Source of the DNA: Tubulanus polymorphus
Lineage: Eukaryota; Animalia; Nemertea
Reading direction: 5' to 3'
NCBI RefSeq assembly: GCF_964204645.1
Contig: NC_134036.1
Location: 2,604,001-2,668,000 of the forward strand
Length of the DNA: 64,000 nucleotides
The notes under the pieces were generated by a model that did no database searches, had not been told where the DNA came from, and was given only the letters and a program-made list of their open reading frames with translations. The position numbers were made by a program, and so were the translations under genes. Shown in pieces: positions 36,501-51,500 of this stretch; within the stretch, counting starts at the first letter, position 1; each line of letters opens with the position of its first letter.

Positions 36501-39500
36501 GGTACTCATTGGCAATGTTCTAATGTATCAAGGTACTCATTGGCAATGTTCTAATGTATCAAGGTACTCATTGGCAATGTTCTAATGTATCAAGGTACTC
36601 ATTGGCAATGTTCTAATGTATCAAGGTACTCATTGGCAATGTTCTAATGTATCAAGGTACTCATTGGCAATGTTCTAATGTATCAAGGTACTCATTGGCA
36701 ATGTTCTAATGTATCAAGGTACTCATTGGCAATGTTCTAATGTATCAAGGTACTCATTGGCAATGTTCTAATGTATCAAGGTACTCATTGGCAATGCCCA
36801 GAGCCATTAAAGTAACCACTGGCAATGTCCAAAGACAGCAAAGCACTCATTTACAATGTTCTAAGGTGGGAAATGTATGTGGAAAAGGTTATAAGGTGTC
36901 AGAGCACCCATTGGCAATTTTCTACAGTGCCCGAGCACTTGTTGGAAACTAAAGATATAAAAGCACTCATTGGTGATGTCATAAGGCATTAAAGCCCATT
37001 TGCAACCCCAAATCTATCATAGCCTGTATTGGCAATGTCAATGGCATCAAAGTACTTACTGGATAGCCAAATCTTCCAAATAATGATAGCATACTTTGGA
37101 AGTGATTGGAACCATATTTAAACTGAAAATCTTGATATCTAATACTCACTTATGTTAATAAACCACAAGTTCAGGTCTGATATTTTTTTGACAGCCCACA
37201 ATTCAGCCGGTGCTCTGTATTCTCCATCCTTTAATTCTTCAGCCGTCTGAAAATTTACGAAAAAGCCATAAAAACATCGGACTCTGGAAATAAAAACGCC
37301 GGGTTCTGGTGTTTCATTTTCAAACTTTGAAGACTTAAACAACATAGACATAGAATGTTAATAAATTTGAATTCTTAACATTTTTTCAGAGGATTTTGGT
37401 TCAGAACATTTCAATGCTTATGAATTTGAATTCTTTATTCTTTTTTCCCGATCACCACCATAGATAATATACCATCCATGCAGTTTCAGTGCATTGTACG
37501 ATTTCATCACCAGCTGACAACATAAATATTACACCCATTTCATTTGCTCAAATACCATGAGTGCTCCCTTCATGAGCTACAATTCAAGCTCTTAACACTT
37601 CCAAAATCCTGTTGACTCCTCAAGCGAGTCTGGGACATTTTGCTATTATCTCTTCACATTTTAGCAACTGTTGCTTCCTAAAACCTTTCCTTTACCTTTC
37701 ACCAGAACATTATAATGTTTCAGTAAATCTTACAACACTTATAAACACCCTGTTTTACGATGATAAACTGCATATAAGTTAATTCATAGTGCCGAATATA
37801 TGGCAAACCCAACCACTGAAATGAATATTATGTTGCATGCTTTTTGTTGTGGATTCCATAGTTTTCACTTGTCAATCAAAAACAATACTTTTGAGAAATT
37901 TTCCTCAACTCAGCATCTTACATAAAGGCCTGCCAAAGAAATATTTACAGTAACCACCAGCAGTGGCCTGATTATTGTATCATTGGCATCATATACTCAA
38001 TTGGTTAGAAACAATTCTCGTTATTGTTCATTTTAGGGACAGATTCTAAAAAGTTTAGCATTTTTCATAGCAAATCTAGCGAAAAAACATCAAAGCTTGA
38101 AGTGAAAACCTATGAATTCTTTGTACTAGAAAATATCCTGAGATGGAAATGTAGAATAAGGCAGAAAATTTAAAAAAAAACACAAGAAAAATAGAAGAAT
38201 TTTTTATAAGATAAAATGGAAGCGATTCAAAACCTTTTCATCCTGAGGAGAATCCTGAGAGTTCTAACATAGAAAACAAGACATGGAGAAAAATGTCAAA
38301 TAAAAGAAACGAAGAAATGAACATAAAATCAAGGATATACTGGTGTTTGGATTGGATTGATACTGTCTAGGGATGGAATATACACGGAGAGATGGAGGAG
38401 GAGTTTATCGGATGGAATATACACGGAGAGATGGAGGAGGAGTTTATCGGATGGAATATACACGGAGAGATGGAGGAGGAGTTTATCGGATGGAATATAC
38501 ACGGAGAGATGGAGGAGGAGTTTATCGGATGGAATATACACGGAGAGATGGAGGAGGAGTTTATCGGATGGAATATACACGGAGAGATGGAGGAGGAGTT
38601 TATCGGATGGAATATACACGGAGAGATGGAGGAGGAGTTTATCGGATGGAATATACACGGAGAGATGGAGGAGGAGTTAATCTATATGGAATTTATCACT
38701 GATTAGACTGAAATTCAGCGTACTCCTTGTTGTTCAATCGACTGTAAAAAAATCATTTACACATTTACAACACTTTAAACATGATGAGGTTTAGTTTGTT
38801 TGAGACAAAAACTTGATTTAAACCCACTTTACACAAATCTAAAAGACTAAAGGCTACAAGGATTATCAAGATTTATCAAGGATTAAAATAGAATCAAAAT
38901 TGATACTTGATTACTGCACAAGACATTTAGATAGACATTACATCATCTTATCAATGTATACTTAATAGTTCTTATATAAGACATTATATTATTTCATCAA
39001 TTTCGTTTATTGCTTGGGCATTAGATATTTTCAAATGTCTTTAAAAATCAAACCGATCAAACAACTTAAGAAGAAAGTTATCGCAAAACATGACATCATT
39101 GATTAAAGAAACGGACAAGAAAAAAAATTTATCTGAACAATTCGTGCAAATAAAAAATGACTGAGAATTTGATTAGAGATTTTTTTCTATCCGTATACAA
39201 TGAGAATGAAGTGATGAATTTAAACGTACCGGTCCAGCGCTCAGTTGCGCGGAGATTTTCGTGATCGTCTGCAGAGTCTGCGGCGAAATCGTCAAAATCA
39301 AATCGGTCATATTGATGTCGATGTGATGATCCTTTCCCGACGGCGCGTTACTGACCAACGACATATCGCACGGGCTCATTATCTACAATATAATCAACGC
39401 CATCTAGTGATGAATCTGATAATTAAATACAAATTGAACAAATATAGATACAGTAGACTCAACCTTAAGCAGTATCAACTATTATTCAACTATTCTCCTA

Positions 39501-42500
39501 TAAACTCTACAAGTACAGGGTTAGGTGTCAACTTAGTTAGTTACCTATCAATCTAACTTTTATAATTTGATGGGCTTCTATATATGCGGTTTATGAAAAT
39601 ATCGGATTGTGAAACTAAACAATAGACTCAGCGAAGATATTTTTAAATTCTGAAATAGTCCCGAGACAAGGGCTCATGATGACTTTTTGGATTGTAACCA
39701 CAGGGTTACTTACCGACTATTGCCACCTTTGTATAATGTTCATTAAAAATTGACTAAATGTATACCTTCATGTATTCGGTAACATCATGCATTTCATTCA
39801 ATAACAAACAAGGAATGAACAGCAACAGTAGAATCCGCCTATAGTGGTGTACAGGTATAGATTTTTGGATTTTTTCATATTGAAAGTTAGTAGGGACAGA
39901 AAATCTATCGGAATACCGAATGGATTGGTACCGCTAAAGACGGATTCTACGGTATCATCCATGACCGAAGAGAAACTGGTCGTTACCTGCGTAGTTGCCC
40001 CAATACGTTTATCTTTGTCGTACGGCCCGGCGTAGATCTGCAGTTTACTCACGCTGCCCAGCATGTTCTGCGTGTCAGATGTCTGTCGCATCTTGAAACT
40101 CACTTGTGTCTAGAATATGAAAAGAGATGAGGTCACCATCACAACTCCAATTTTTCTTTTGGTGTCGATTCTATATATCGTAATTTTTCTTTTGCTATCA
40201 ATTCTATTTATCCTAATTTTTGAACAAGTAAATCTAGTTATATTTCTCGGACACTTTTCAAAAAAGAACATTTTCCTTCCATGCAAGAAACATATCAATT
40301 TTGATAATCATCAAGATCTTCTTGGCAAAATCAAGAGACAAACAGTAAAAGAAATGTCATACGTCGAGAATCAGGGCTTGTGAATCTTTACTCATCGGAT
40401 CCTCGACCAGGACGATTTCCGGATCGATGATTCTGATCTGTACCATTAAATCACCAGTAGGAGGCGCTGCAGCAGGTACAGTCTCCGTGACCGCTGAAAT
40501 GGATCAAGTAAATGATAGGTCAAGTGTGAAAAAGTTTGAATAATGAAAATGGGATGGAATTTGATATATGCAAAAAACCTGAACCCAGTTACACAGGTCT
40601 TCACCTAAACTAAGGATAAATAGTAACTTGACCGAACTTGGATTAATTGAGACCGGCAAAATTGGTCTCAGGTAATGCAGCTATCAATGTGAACCTCGAC
40701 CCCCCCCCCCCATCTCAACTGAACAACAAACTGCGACATTTCCTGAATGGGCTGCCATAAATGCATCCAATGTTGCGATTTGTTGCCAATTTTAAAAGCT
40801 TCAAAGGCGTGTTCAACCTCAATAGTTTTATTATCATTCAGTTGAATTGTGAGTGGAAATATCTATTGATAGTGTTGAATATGTGAGGTAGGGGGGGTCA
40901 GGATTCATATTGATAGCTGGATGAAAAAAGTCCTAGTGAAAGAAAATTATTTCGTTATCATTCATTATTTTACCTTTTTGCTGTTGTTGCTGTTTTTGTC
41001 TCTCCTGAAATTCAGCGACGAGTTTCTCTTTCTGTTTGAGTTTCTCCTCTTCGGAAAGCTCGGGCGGTTTCGGCATCCCCTTCGTGAAAAAGTCGCCCAA
41101 CGTCAACAAGAATTCCAAACACACGCAGATGTACAAACTCGTCAAATCGATCGTGACTGAAATGCGATGAAGAAATAACTAGCTGGTGAAGGTGATGACT
41201 CTTTCAAGTGAGAGGAAAACTCATCGTGAAGGCAACCCTGGTTAGACCGTAATATAAGGGCAGTGGCCTGGGCCGAGTTGTGCAGTCATGACTTAAGTCC
41301 AAAAATGATCTTAAATCATAAGACTGGCATTATATTGTTAGATTGGCTAAAGGACTTGGTGTTAGACTAAGCCAAGACTATGAAACTAGCCCATGGCTTC
41401 TAACAAACCAGATTCTCTATCGTAGAAACTCAAGGCAGCGCAAAGGCAACCCTGGTAAGTGAGCTAGATAAATATTCACCTTCTTTGTTCATCTCTTTGT
41501 CCTGATTGAAGTTCAGCTGTAACATACGTTTCTCCGAACCGTCACCGGCGACCGGTGTCGCGTCCTCCTGCAGCGACGGTGGCAACTCCTTCTGTAACTT
41601 GGCGCGTTCCGCCTGCAATTGTTGTTCTTTACCCGTACCGGCGCGTTCGATCATGCTGCATCAGCGTAACAATGAAAATAACGACAAGAAGAGACACGTG
41701 TCAATATGATTAATAATAATCGATGTGATGATGAAAATGTTGATGTCACTAAAGAAGATAGTCATAGAAAGACAATGTAAGTAATACATGTTAACTCGAA
41801 AATTATGATTTTGTCACGATGTATTTATATAATGTTTTCTGACAATCAGCGAAGAACAAAGATGAGCATTTTTTTTTTTCGTAAAAGTTTGTTGGCAGAA
41901 AGTCATTCAAGCGCTTTATTAGCAAAGAGCCAAACCCGCTCCAGCAATAGCTGCTTGATTATCCAGCCTTAGCCCAGCAACATTACTCAGGCAGCAGCTA
42001 TACCATGTGACCCCCCCCCAGCCCAACCCTATCAGCAGCTGAGCACACACAGCCTTAGCCTAGCCTTGGTCAACCAACATTTCTACTAAGGCAGCAGCAA
42101 CCGTGTGACTTGCCCCCCCCCCCCCCCAACCCTATCAGCAGCTGAGCAAAATGTTGCATGGAGAACAATAGATGTAATACACACAAGAACAACAAGATAC
42201 AGTTACAAACAGGAGAATGAGAGATATAGATAGATAGATACTCGAGATATCGATTGTGTAATTCACTTCAAACAACTTGTGTACGGTGTGTATTCAAAAC
42301 ACGGCAAATCAAATCTGTCTGTGCAGCAGTATATGTGATCAGGAAACATAAGCTTTGAGGGGTCAGTTACGTGAAAAGGAGTGGGAGGGTTGTTTGGTTG
42401 TGGAATGGTAAGGTAGATGCAATAAGTTTGTTTTAGTTGTTTTGGTAAAAGCATTTAGGGTTACTGATTCAGGGACAGTTGCTGGTTTAATTGAGGACAT

Positions 42501-45500
42501 GTAGTTAAGTGGATGGGTAACTGATTCAGGGATAGTTGCTGGTTTGATTGGGGACACATAGTTAAGTGGATGTTTCTTGCTGGTTGGGTTAGGGCTTTAA
42601 TATCAAATAGGTCAGGATCATGTATGTTGCTGGAGTTGAACTGATTATGAGGACAGTGTTCAGTAAGTGATTGATAGGCGGATTGGTACAGATGGTCAGA
42701 TGGACGGTTGGTCCTGTGGAACTGAGTCCAGATCATTCTATGAGAAACCCAATGTTCAAGATGGTTGGTATTAATGTAAAAGCCATATCAAAACAGGTTT
42801 AGCGCTAGGGTCTTTAAGGAGCGTGTGTTAGTGGTTGGATGTGTTACGAAAAGGGGAAATAGGAAATTAGGAATTTAGGCAAAACCGAGTAAAAATCAGC
42901 TGAAAGTAAGTACAACAATGATAAATATAGATAGATTATCCCAAAATCCAGCTACCCTAAAAACAGACTAAAATACAATATGAAAAAAAATGCCACGGAG
43001 GAAAAAACTAAAATTTTCAAATGCTACGCAGAGATTTTGTCCAGCTCCCAGATTGAAGTAAAAATAAGCAAGAAAATGAAATGGGATATGAAACAAAATC
43101 TGAAAAGATGAGGTGACAGTTCGCTCGTGTGAAGATGACGATTTCGGCAGTTTCAGAGTGAGCAGTTTTTTGATAGTCGCAAAAAACAGATGCGCGTTCA
43201 AGATACTGACGTTATGCACAAGAGCAGAGTTGTTTGAACATGTAGCAAATTTTCCGATGAAGATATTACAAACTGTACATGAACATGTCTACAAATGTCA
43301 CATTTGTCACACGGAGTTCTACAAAGCTTTTCAATGTTTGTAACTCTCTCAAACTTGACATCTGTTCAGCACATTCAAAAGGTGATTATCCACATTTGAC
43401 ATGTGTCATGACTTCACCTGAGACATTTGTAATTGAGATGAACTACAAACACCAAACACCAGACATTAGACATTGAAACCAGCACACTTTCAGAAACTGA
43501 TTTTCCACACTTCACATGTGTTCAGTGCTTCACCTTAATTTAAAATGAACAACAAACACCAGACATTAGACATTTTATCCAAAAAATACTTTACTCCCGA
43601 AAAACTGTGTTCAGGACTTCACCTAGGACATTTCTAATTGAACTAATAAAAGAATGAACACCTGACAAGACGTCACACAAAACATTTTCTGCTGCCAACT
43701 ATTTTTGCTACATGTATCAACAACTCTTGATCAACATTTCAAAAAATAATGACGAACTCAATACATGCAAACCTGTCGTGTACAGATTCATTACCTGATT
43801 GTATGGCCACTGTTGTAAAATTTGAGTAAGAAAATAAAATTGAACAGGATGCCACAAAGAACATTTTCAAAATAAATTTCTCTAAAAATTCATCCAGGAC
43901 TTAATAATAATATATAACTTGAATATTTCCGATATAAATCTCAATAACCTTTTAGCAAAATAACTGTATTTAGCAAAGAACGAGCAGAACTGAGATTCAA
44001 TAAATCGCGATCTAAATTAACTTTTTTTTTTCAAATGAAGCAACAAAACAATTTACGATCGTGTCACATTTAAAAATAAGCAAAATCATCTATCAATTTT
44101 TTTAGTGCACAAAACATTGAATTAATCATGGGGAAAATTTTAAGGGCAAGGCCTGTCAAAAAAATAAATTGTTAAATCATTAACCGTGGGTTTCGTTCAT
44201 TAATTTAAATACTGAGATTAATGTCAGTTTCTACCGGTCAAATATCAATCATCAGAACTATTGAAAATTCAAACAGTAAAATCATCAACTGTGGGTTTTG
44301 TTGAAATGTAAACATTTTCGTGAACTGATTTTAAAATGGAGACAAATTTCAAATTTGACGACGAACATTTTTATCCTCACAAAACGAATGATCCGAATAT
44401 TCTTAAGAGACGTCGACTTACCGAGTGATTTTTTCGAGAGCGCCAGGTCGAGTATCGTCCAGTTCCATCGTCACCATATAAACCTCAGCCGTCATCGACG
44501 AATCGGTTTTCATATCGAGACCGACGTTTAGTTTTTTCAACGCAAACGACGCGAGCGTTTTCTCCGGGTCGCGACACACGAGACCGGTGCCGCACGCTAG
44601 GTGACTCGTACCGAGATACAGCATGATTCCCGTACGTTCGATCGTGAACGCCAGTTCTAATCGAGAGAACACTTTATCGTCGCTCGCGACGACGAGTTCT
44701 TCGTCTTCACGAATCGTTTCGGCGACTTTTTCGTCGAGTTGTTGACCACTAGTTGGCGCCGGTGCTGCAGAGAAAATGACTTGAAATGAATGTGGATAAT
44801 TGTAAATTGAAAGTTGCAAATTGAAGATTGTTACAGGGTGGCAACAACTAGAGTCTGTTCAAATGCGCTCCAAACTTGGTATTATTATCCCCAGCCTATA
44901 ACTCTATTCATGTATCAGTCTTTCTGATATATCAGATATTTCTGATACCCTGAGTTTTCCCCGACAGTGGCGCCACCCTGTGTTAACTGGAAATCGTCAA
45001 GATAATGAGATACAGTCATACTAGATTATCATAGTTGGGATGATTATGATATTGTTGACTCATCCAAATGATGAGTTACACTCAGTAAATTGATTTTTAA
45101 ATACATATTGGGTCTGAATTCAAATTAATATTTACACTGCAAAATGGAGAAAAGTAACTTTCTAGTTGTTCACTCGTAATTTATTATGAAATCAAGATTT
45201 CACGAAGCCGTTCCACACTTACTGGTCGGTGTATCGGTAGAGGGAGACACCGGTTCAGCCGGGCTCGGCGGAGGTTGACCTTCCGTTATATTTTCGTTCA
45301 ACACCAACATCAACATCGTAAAGTCATCTTGAGACAAAGTCAACTACAAATAGAAGATCATTGTTGAGATTAATTTGACTTCAAGAGTCAGGGACATCCA
45401 CAAGGAGTCGACTTACAATGACCGAGTTCATTTTTCCTTTGATGCTCATTTCAGGGAAGTCGGTGTACCAACTGAACGTCAAGTTTCTGATGATGTTCAA

Positions 45501-48500
45501 CTCGATTGAAACCGGTTCGAGAATCAGACATTCCGTACTGGAGACGCCTTCGCTGAGAATCGATCTGTCACGAGAGAAAATACACAAATAGATCAAGAAT
45601 TTTCATATGATATGTTGTATTGCAAGGACAAGTGATGCACAGAAATGCCAATGAAACATTAGATTAACTATGACTTATGTAATGCTATTGCCATTATCGT
45701 AAGACTTTTTGATCCTATCTTAAAAATTCAGCTAAGGAGACGAAGACTTAGACTTAAGGGGAATGAAACATTTGCCTGACCGACTTAAACAAGAATCGAA
45801 TTCTAAAAATTCAGCTTAGAAGAGAAAGATTTTGGTAGGAAAATAGAACTTTACAATTCCGGACCTAGAAATTCCTTCTAAATAGGGGATGAAATATTTG
45901 CAAGAGTACCCGATTTCAGCTAATTTTGAAGAGAGATTGATATAGGAAAATGAACTGGAAAGTTCCGGCTCGAGAAATTTCTTCCAAATACGAATGAAGT
46001 CCAATTCTCTGAGTGACAGCAATTACGCGAGTTTGATGGAAAAAATTTCAATCATTACAATCTACATGATTTTAATTTACCTGATAATTTTCAAGTTGCT
46101 CAGTTCGATGGTCATACAGTCGAATATCGCTGGTGAACCGTCGCGCGATTTCCGTTCGCCCAGTTTGAATTTGTTTTTCAAACTCAACCGACCGAGATCG
46201 AGGATGAGAACGTTCGGCGACGACGAATTCTGCGGCACGATGATCTCCGGAGCTTGTAGTTCGATATCCAGGGAAACTCGCGTCGCTTTCTCGTGAAGGT
46301 TTTTCGCCTGTTCGGCCGCAGTTTCGGCTAGAGCGTCCGACGCTTCGGCCATTTTGGCTTTCGCGGCTTGGAAATTGTCTGAGAATCTCTGCAGGAAATG
46401 AATCGATAAGATCAAAATTTGTGACAAACAATAAATCCGAAGTCCCAAAATTGTTGTATAGTTAGAATGCTATAATTAGAATACTAGAGATATTTCAGCC
46501 CTAGAAATAAATTCCTTTCCAAATATGTCAGCGCTCTTGTTTCCATAACTTAACTATGTGCAATTATTTGTGTTTTATTTCATATTTATTTACTGTCTAT
46601 TTATTTGACATATCATTTTCGACTCAAGAAATATATCTAGTATTTTTGCCCTAAAAATAGCCTTTCAAAGTATGTCAGCGCTCTATTCCCCATAACTTAA
46701 CTATGTGTACAGTGATTGTTGTCTTATGTTATATTTATTTGCTGTTTATTTATTTGACATACCATCTGAGACTGAAGAAAGGTGGTAGGAGCAACCAGAG
46801 ATATTTCTAGTATTTTAGATAAACTCTTTAGTCTTTCAATAATTGTGGTACTTGACAGTTCTTTGTAGGAAATTTTCAGAAACTCAATTTTCTGGTTTGA
46901 TTGTTATCGGTCACTTCAATTGTTTCTAATGACAACAGTTCGAAATCAACCGTTTTTATCTAAATCTATTTCGCAAAACTGGAACCAGTTCATTACAATG
47001 ATAAGGGTATGATGAAAACAGTTTCTACTTTGAACCCCAAACCTTTAAAAATTGTCAAGTTAAATTAGACTTACCAATAAATTAGAGACAAACTTGTTGA
47101 GGAATATAACCTGCATACAACCAAACCGTACGACTATACTAGTGTCTACTACGTGCATGTTAGAGTAATTAGCGCCATCTGTGGCTTCATTAAACACTAC
47201 GATCTCGGCGTCCAACATTTCTCCTTGTTTCATTGACAAAATCTTTAAAGGAAAAATTCAAATTTTTCATGAAACGCAAACAATTCTTTTAGTCCGAGTA
47301 TTTTTTACAGAAATCGACTCAGGGATCAAAACTGACCTTCGGATAAAGTACATTCGGAGTCGGGTCGAAAACGATCAGATCTTTCAAACCAACATTCACT
47401 TTTATTTTATCTTTACGCATTTCAACTTCTGTCTTTAAACCTTTAGAAACAAATAAAAACCTCACAATCAAAAACTGTTTATTCAGCGCTGAAAGGGTTA
47501 ATTAGTCTCAGTTTCAAACTGACCTTCTATTTTAATGTCTGCAATGAATGAGGACAGCGACGCGATTCCGACTGAAAATTCATCCAATTTCGCCGTCACT
47601 TTTAAATCGATCAAATCAGGATCAATTTTTCTACGTCGCGCTGAAAAAAAAGAAGTGATCATTTCGAGTTAAGTGCTGGCAACTAAAGCAAGGCTCAAAT
47701 TATACAATTCAACAGTAGATTCTCTATCACTCGCTTTTTTCTCTGAATTCAAAATTCAAATTTTAACCGACGATGACGAACCTTTCGTGATGAGTTTACT
47801 CTCGCTGATCGTACGCACGAGATTTCCCGACACCGACGACAACCGCCGCGTCACTGGTATCTCAGTAGGTGGCGCCGGTGGTGGTTCGAGGGCTTTAGTG
47901 AATTCCATCAGATGAAGCAGCGCCTCCTGGTGGAGCATCACCTCGAGAGCGGTAAAGTGAACTTCGATTGATTGTTCCGTGTGTTCGTAAATCGTCGCGA
48001 AGTCCGGACCTTTTTTGTCGGCCTGAAATGAATTTTTCCGAATTTAAAAAAAATTAACTGAAAATTTTGACGCAACAATTTTGAAGAATTACACAATGAA
48101 ATGATGCATGTGAAATGGATAGGCTTTGACCTCTTCTTGACAAAAAGGGCAACTGCAATGAGATGGCAGGGGTCCTGCAACCCTGCGAGAGAGATAGTTA
48201 CCTTCACATATTGAATTGATAACAGTTTTTTACCGGAACCTTCTCGAATCGGAGTGTTCACCAGATTGATCAGCGGACCGTTCTCCAAAGCTGCAAAATA
48301 TGAAATCAAGAAATTTCAAAAAATATATGCCAACTATTTCTAAGATCCCTTATGCAGGGCTGTGAAACTAACTAAAAGCGCTATCAGTGACAAATTATTT
48401 TTTCGGGATCATTTCATTGAGATATGAAAGAAAATGTTCAAAATAATTGGTTATCAAGGGGGGTAAGACACTCAGTAATATCTTTTATATTTCTGTTCTA

Positions 48501-51500
48501 ATTGGTCAGAAATCATCAGTAACATCTTTCACCAATTTCTGTATATCTCAAATCAATCAAATCAGTATCTCTTGTTATAAAAATACAAATACTGAAAATC
48601 AGGAACAGTCTATAGCTCTGCTTCGGCAACTAAGGTTTCATAGTTCTTGACTTGAAACATCAGAAACGAACTACCGGTAATGATTTTAAATTCTTTAGAA
48701 TTTGAGAACTTCGGGGCCCGCGTCCCCTGGAGGATGACACGTACCTTTAAACTGTAGATGTTGCAGATAGAGGCCGCCGAGGTATGTGTTCACTCTCATA
48801 TCAAACGTCCTCATTTCGACCTCCGTACCGAGCGTATCGATAACGAGTTTAATTGTTGGAATATCGAGGCCGTTTTGTCTTTGAAATACGTTCAAACAAA
48901 TCTATGAAAATATGTCAAAGAATTCGTTGCAAAATACCTACAGACTAATAAGATGGTTATCATTATCATAAAATTTCTCAGACAGAGCACTTTAATTTGA
49001 CTTGCTTCTTCCCTGACTTGATCTGCTAAGAAGCTAATCAATTAACACTGTCAAATATGCGTAAAACATAGACGGAAACTGTTTGATTATAAAAGTGATC
49101 TAGCAATCTCAACAAATTTCCCCAACGTTTCCCTGATTATTAGCTTTTTCTATAAAATTCCCTGACTATCCCCTGATATGCACACATTGTTTTCCCCGAC
49201 TCTACCTGACTATTCCCCGATTTTTAGCTTTTTTTTTTTACAAAATTCCCTGACACTTTTAAAGATAATTCCCAGACTTTCACTGATTTCTAGCTATTTT
49301 ACAAAATTCCCAGATTTTTCCCTGATTTACAGGTATGTGGCGCCACCCTGTCAAAGAACTCAAGTCGAACCTCTTTAATGACGAACGTTAATTTTAAATC
49401 GGTGCATTGAACGTTATCCGGAGTTTCCTCTTCGTCCGATTTCTTTTTCTTCTCTTTTTTCCCCTCGTCCTGAAAACAAATTCGAGAAAAAGAAAAATTA
49501 TATCGTAATAATCATCGTAATAATTAAATAATCATTAATTTCAAATGTGTGAACTTACGCTGCTCTCGTCCGAAGAGCTTTCGTAGCCCGGTGCTTTCGG
49601 TACGGCCGGAACGTTTATCTTCGTCAGCGCCACCTCAGCCGGTAGATCGTCGGACTGAGAATAAAATCAAACACGAATCAAGATGGGTGACTTGAAAAAT
49701 CCCCCTATGACAACATCAAATCAATGTAATGAGGAAGATACTTTTGAATAGGCGTCTAACTCCATAAATCCCCTTATAACATCTTCAAACTGCGCTATGG
49801 TAACTGTATTCATTAATCCCCCTATGACATCTTCAAATCAATGTAATGAGGAAAGATACTTTTTGAATACCGGTAGGTGTCTTACTCCATAAATCCCCCT
49901 ATGACATCATCAGATTGATGCCGATCTCGGTACAAATCCCTGATTTAGTAGAACGTACCTCGAATACAACAGTTTCTTTAAAGTCGGGTGATGGTTCCGG
50001 AAGCGGGATACTCTGACCTAGTTTAATAATCTCTTGTAACCGATGATCGGACATGTTTAAACTGAGTAGAGGTAATTCACCGACTACCTTCATTCTGAAA
50101 TATACAAATACACCGGATATATCAGTGACCACAGACACAGGGTGGACACTTAACGTGGGGCCAGTGGGTGGGTTCAGGTCATGATACAAAGGTCCCCTTT
50201 GGCTTAGGGTGATTGGAAAACAACCCTTACATTTGAAATATATCTGAATTCCAGGTTCTAGGTTTTTAGTAAAATATTTTAAATTCCTAGAATTTTCACT
50301 GATTTTCTCAACTACATTTTTCGTAATTCCCTGGGGCCGGTTCCATAGTCAAGACTTAATACAAAAAGTGGTCTTAAATCTTAGGACTGGTCTTAAGCTG
50401 TTAGATTGGCTCTAGAACTTAGTTGGTCTTAGACGGTCTTAAGTCTAAGCCCTGACTATGGAACCGGCCCCTGAGTTTTCCAAGTTTTCCAGATTTGCCA
50501 GACCACTCTGATAGAGACCTGCGCAGATAAAATAATATTGCAATTGATAATTTTGTAACTCACTTTGGAATTCGAGCGTCGTTCATAATCATCGATTTAT
50601 GTACGTTTAACGCCAACTTCATCGGACGTAGGATGTGCATCGGACTGTTATTCTGTTGCCGTGCCGACTGCCAATCACCGCCTGCCGTTATTAGAAAGAC
50701 GGAGAAAGATTAAAGACTGAAATTTCAATACAATCGAGAACCACCGAGGGGAATTCCGGATGAAATAAACGCCACCTACCTGATTTCGCGTAAAGTAACT
50801 GGACGCTTTGTAGTTCGATGTTAAATCGATCGTAGGCTCTTTCAATCACGTCTTCAAACGCCATCTACAAATTTTCAAATTCAACAAATAATCAAATCTA
50901 GATCCTTGTTTTCTTCATTTACGGGGATGAGTACCTTAGAATATATCATCAATGTGAGCAAGGAGAGTTTTCTTTCAAAAAAAATTCTTTTATGAGATTT
51001 TAGAAAATTGTTATCTGACCCCAGAAAATTACTTTTTTGTCGCAGTTATGGCTTTTTGATTTCAGGATTTTTGTCGACTCAAATTGGGACCTTTTATCAA
51101 ATCCATTTAAATATGAAAGGGCAGGAATGGGCAAAGGGTACCCTGCAACCAGTTTTGTTTAGAACCAAACCTATGTTCATGTATTAAGAATATATGAAAC
51201 ATGCTTTGTGACGGATAATGATAAAATGTTATCTTCATCTGTATGGAAAAATATACGATATAAATGATAAGAACATTTCTGTTATCAACTGAATGCGAAA
51301 CACCTTAAAATACCACCATAAAATGATGCATTACGAATTGAGTGTTCAGAAAGATTTAGAAATGAAATAAGATGGTATAAAAAAAGTTATTTCATAAAAA
51401 TCAAAATATTTTAAAACTAAATTAAAACAAGAAGAAATGTAACTGATTGAAAAAAAAAAATGTGCTAAAAATCCATTTTTCCATTTAAAAAAATGTTGAG

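Noticed and set aside
36442-36797. CRISPR-like array of 31-bp repeats
   Set aside because: The units are head-to-tail with no unique spacers, there are no cas genes, and it lies in a eukaryotic intron: a minisatellite.
38329-38706. Four overlapping ~105-aa repetitive ORFs
   Set aside because: Artefact of a 39-bp (3n) VNTR; no splice or start context supports coding.
43211-43288. 78-nt phase-2 open segment bounded by AG and GTCAGT
   Set aside because: No polypyrimidine tract and intron-like composition; too weak to call.
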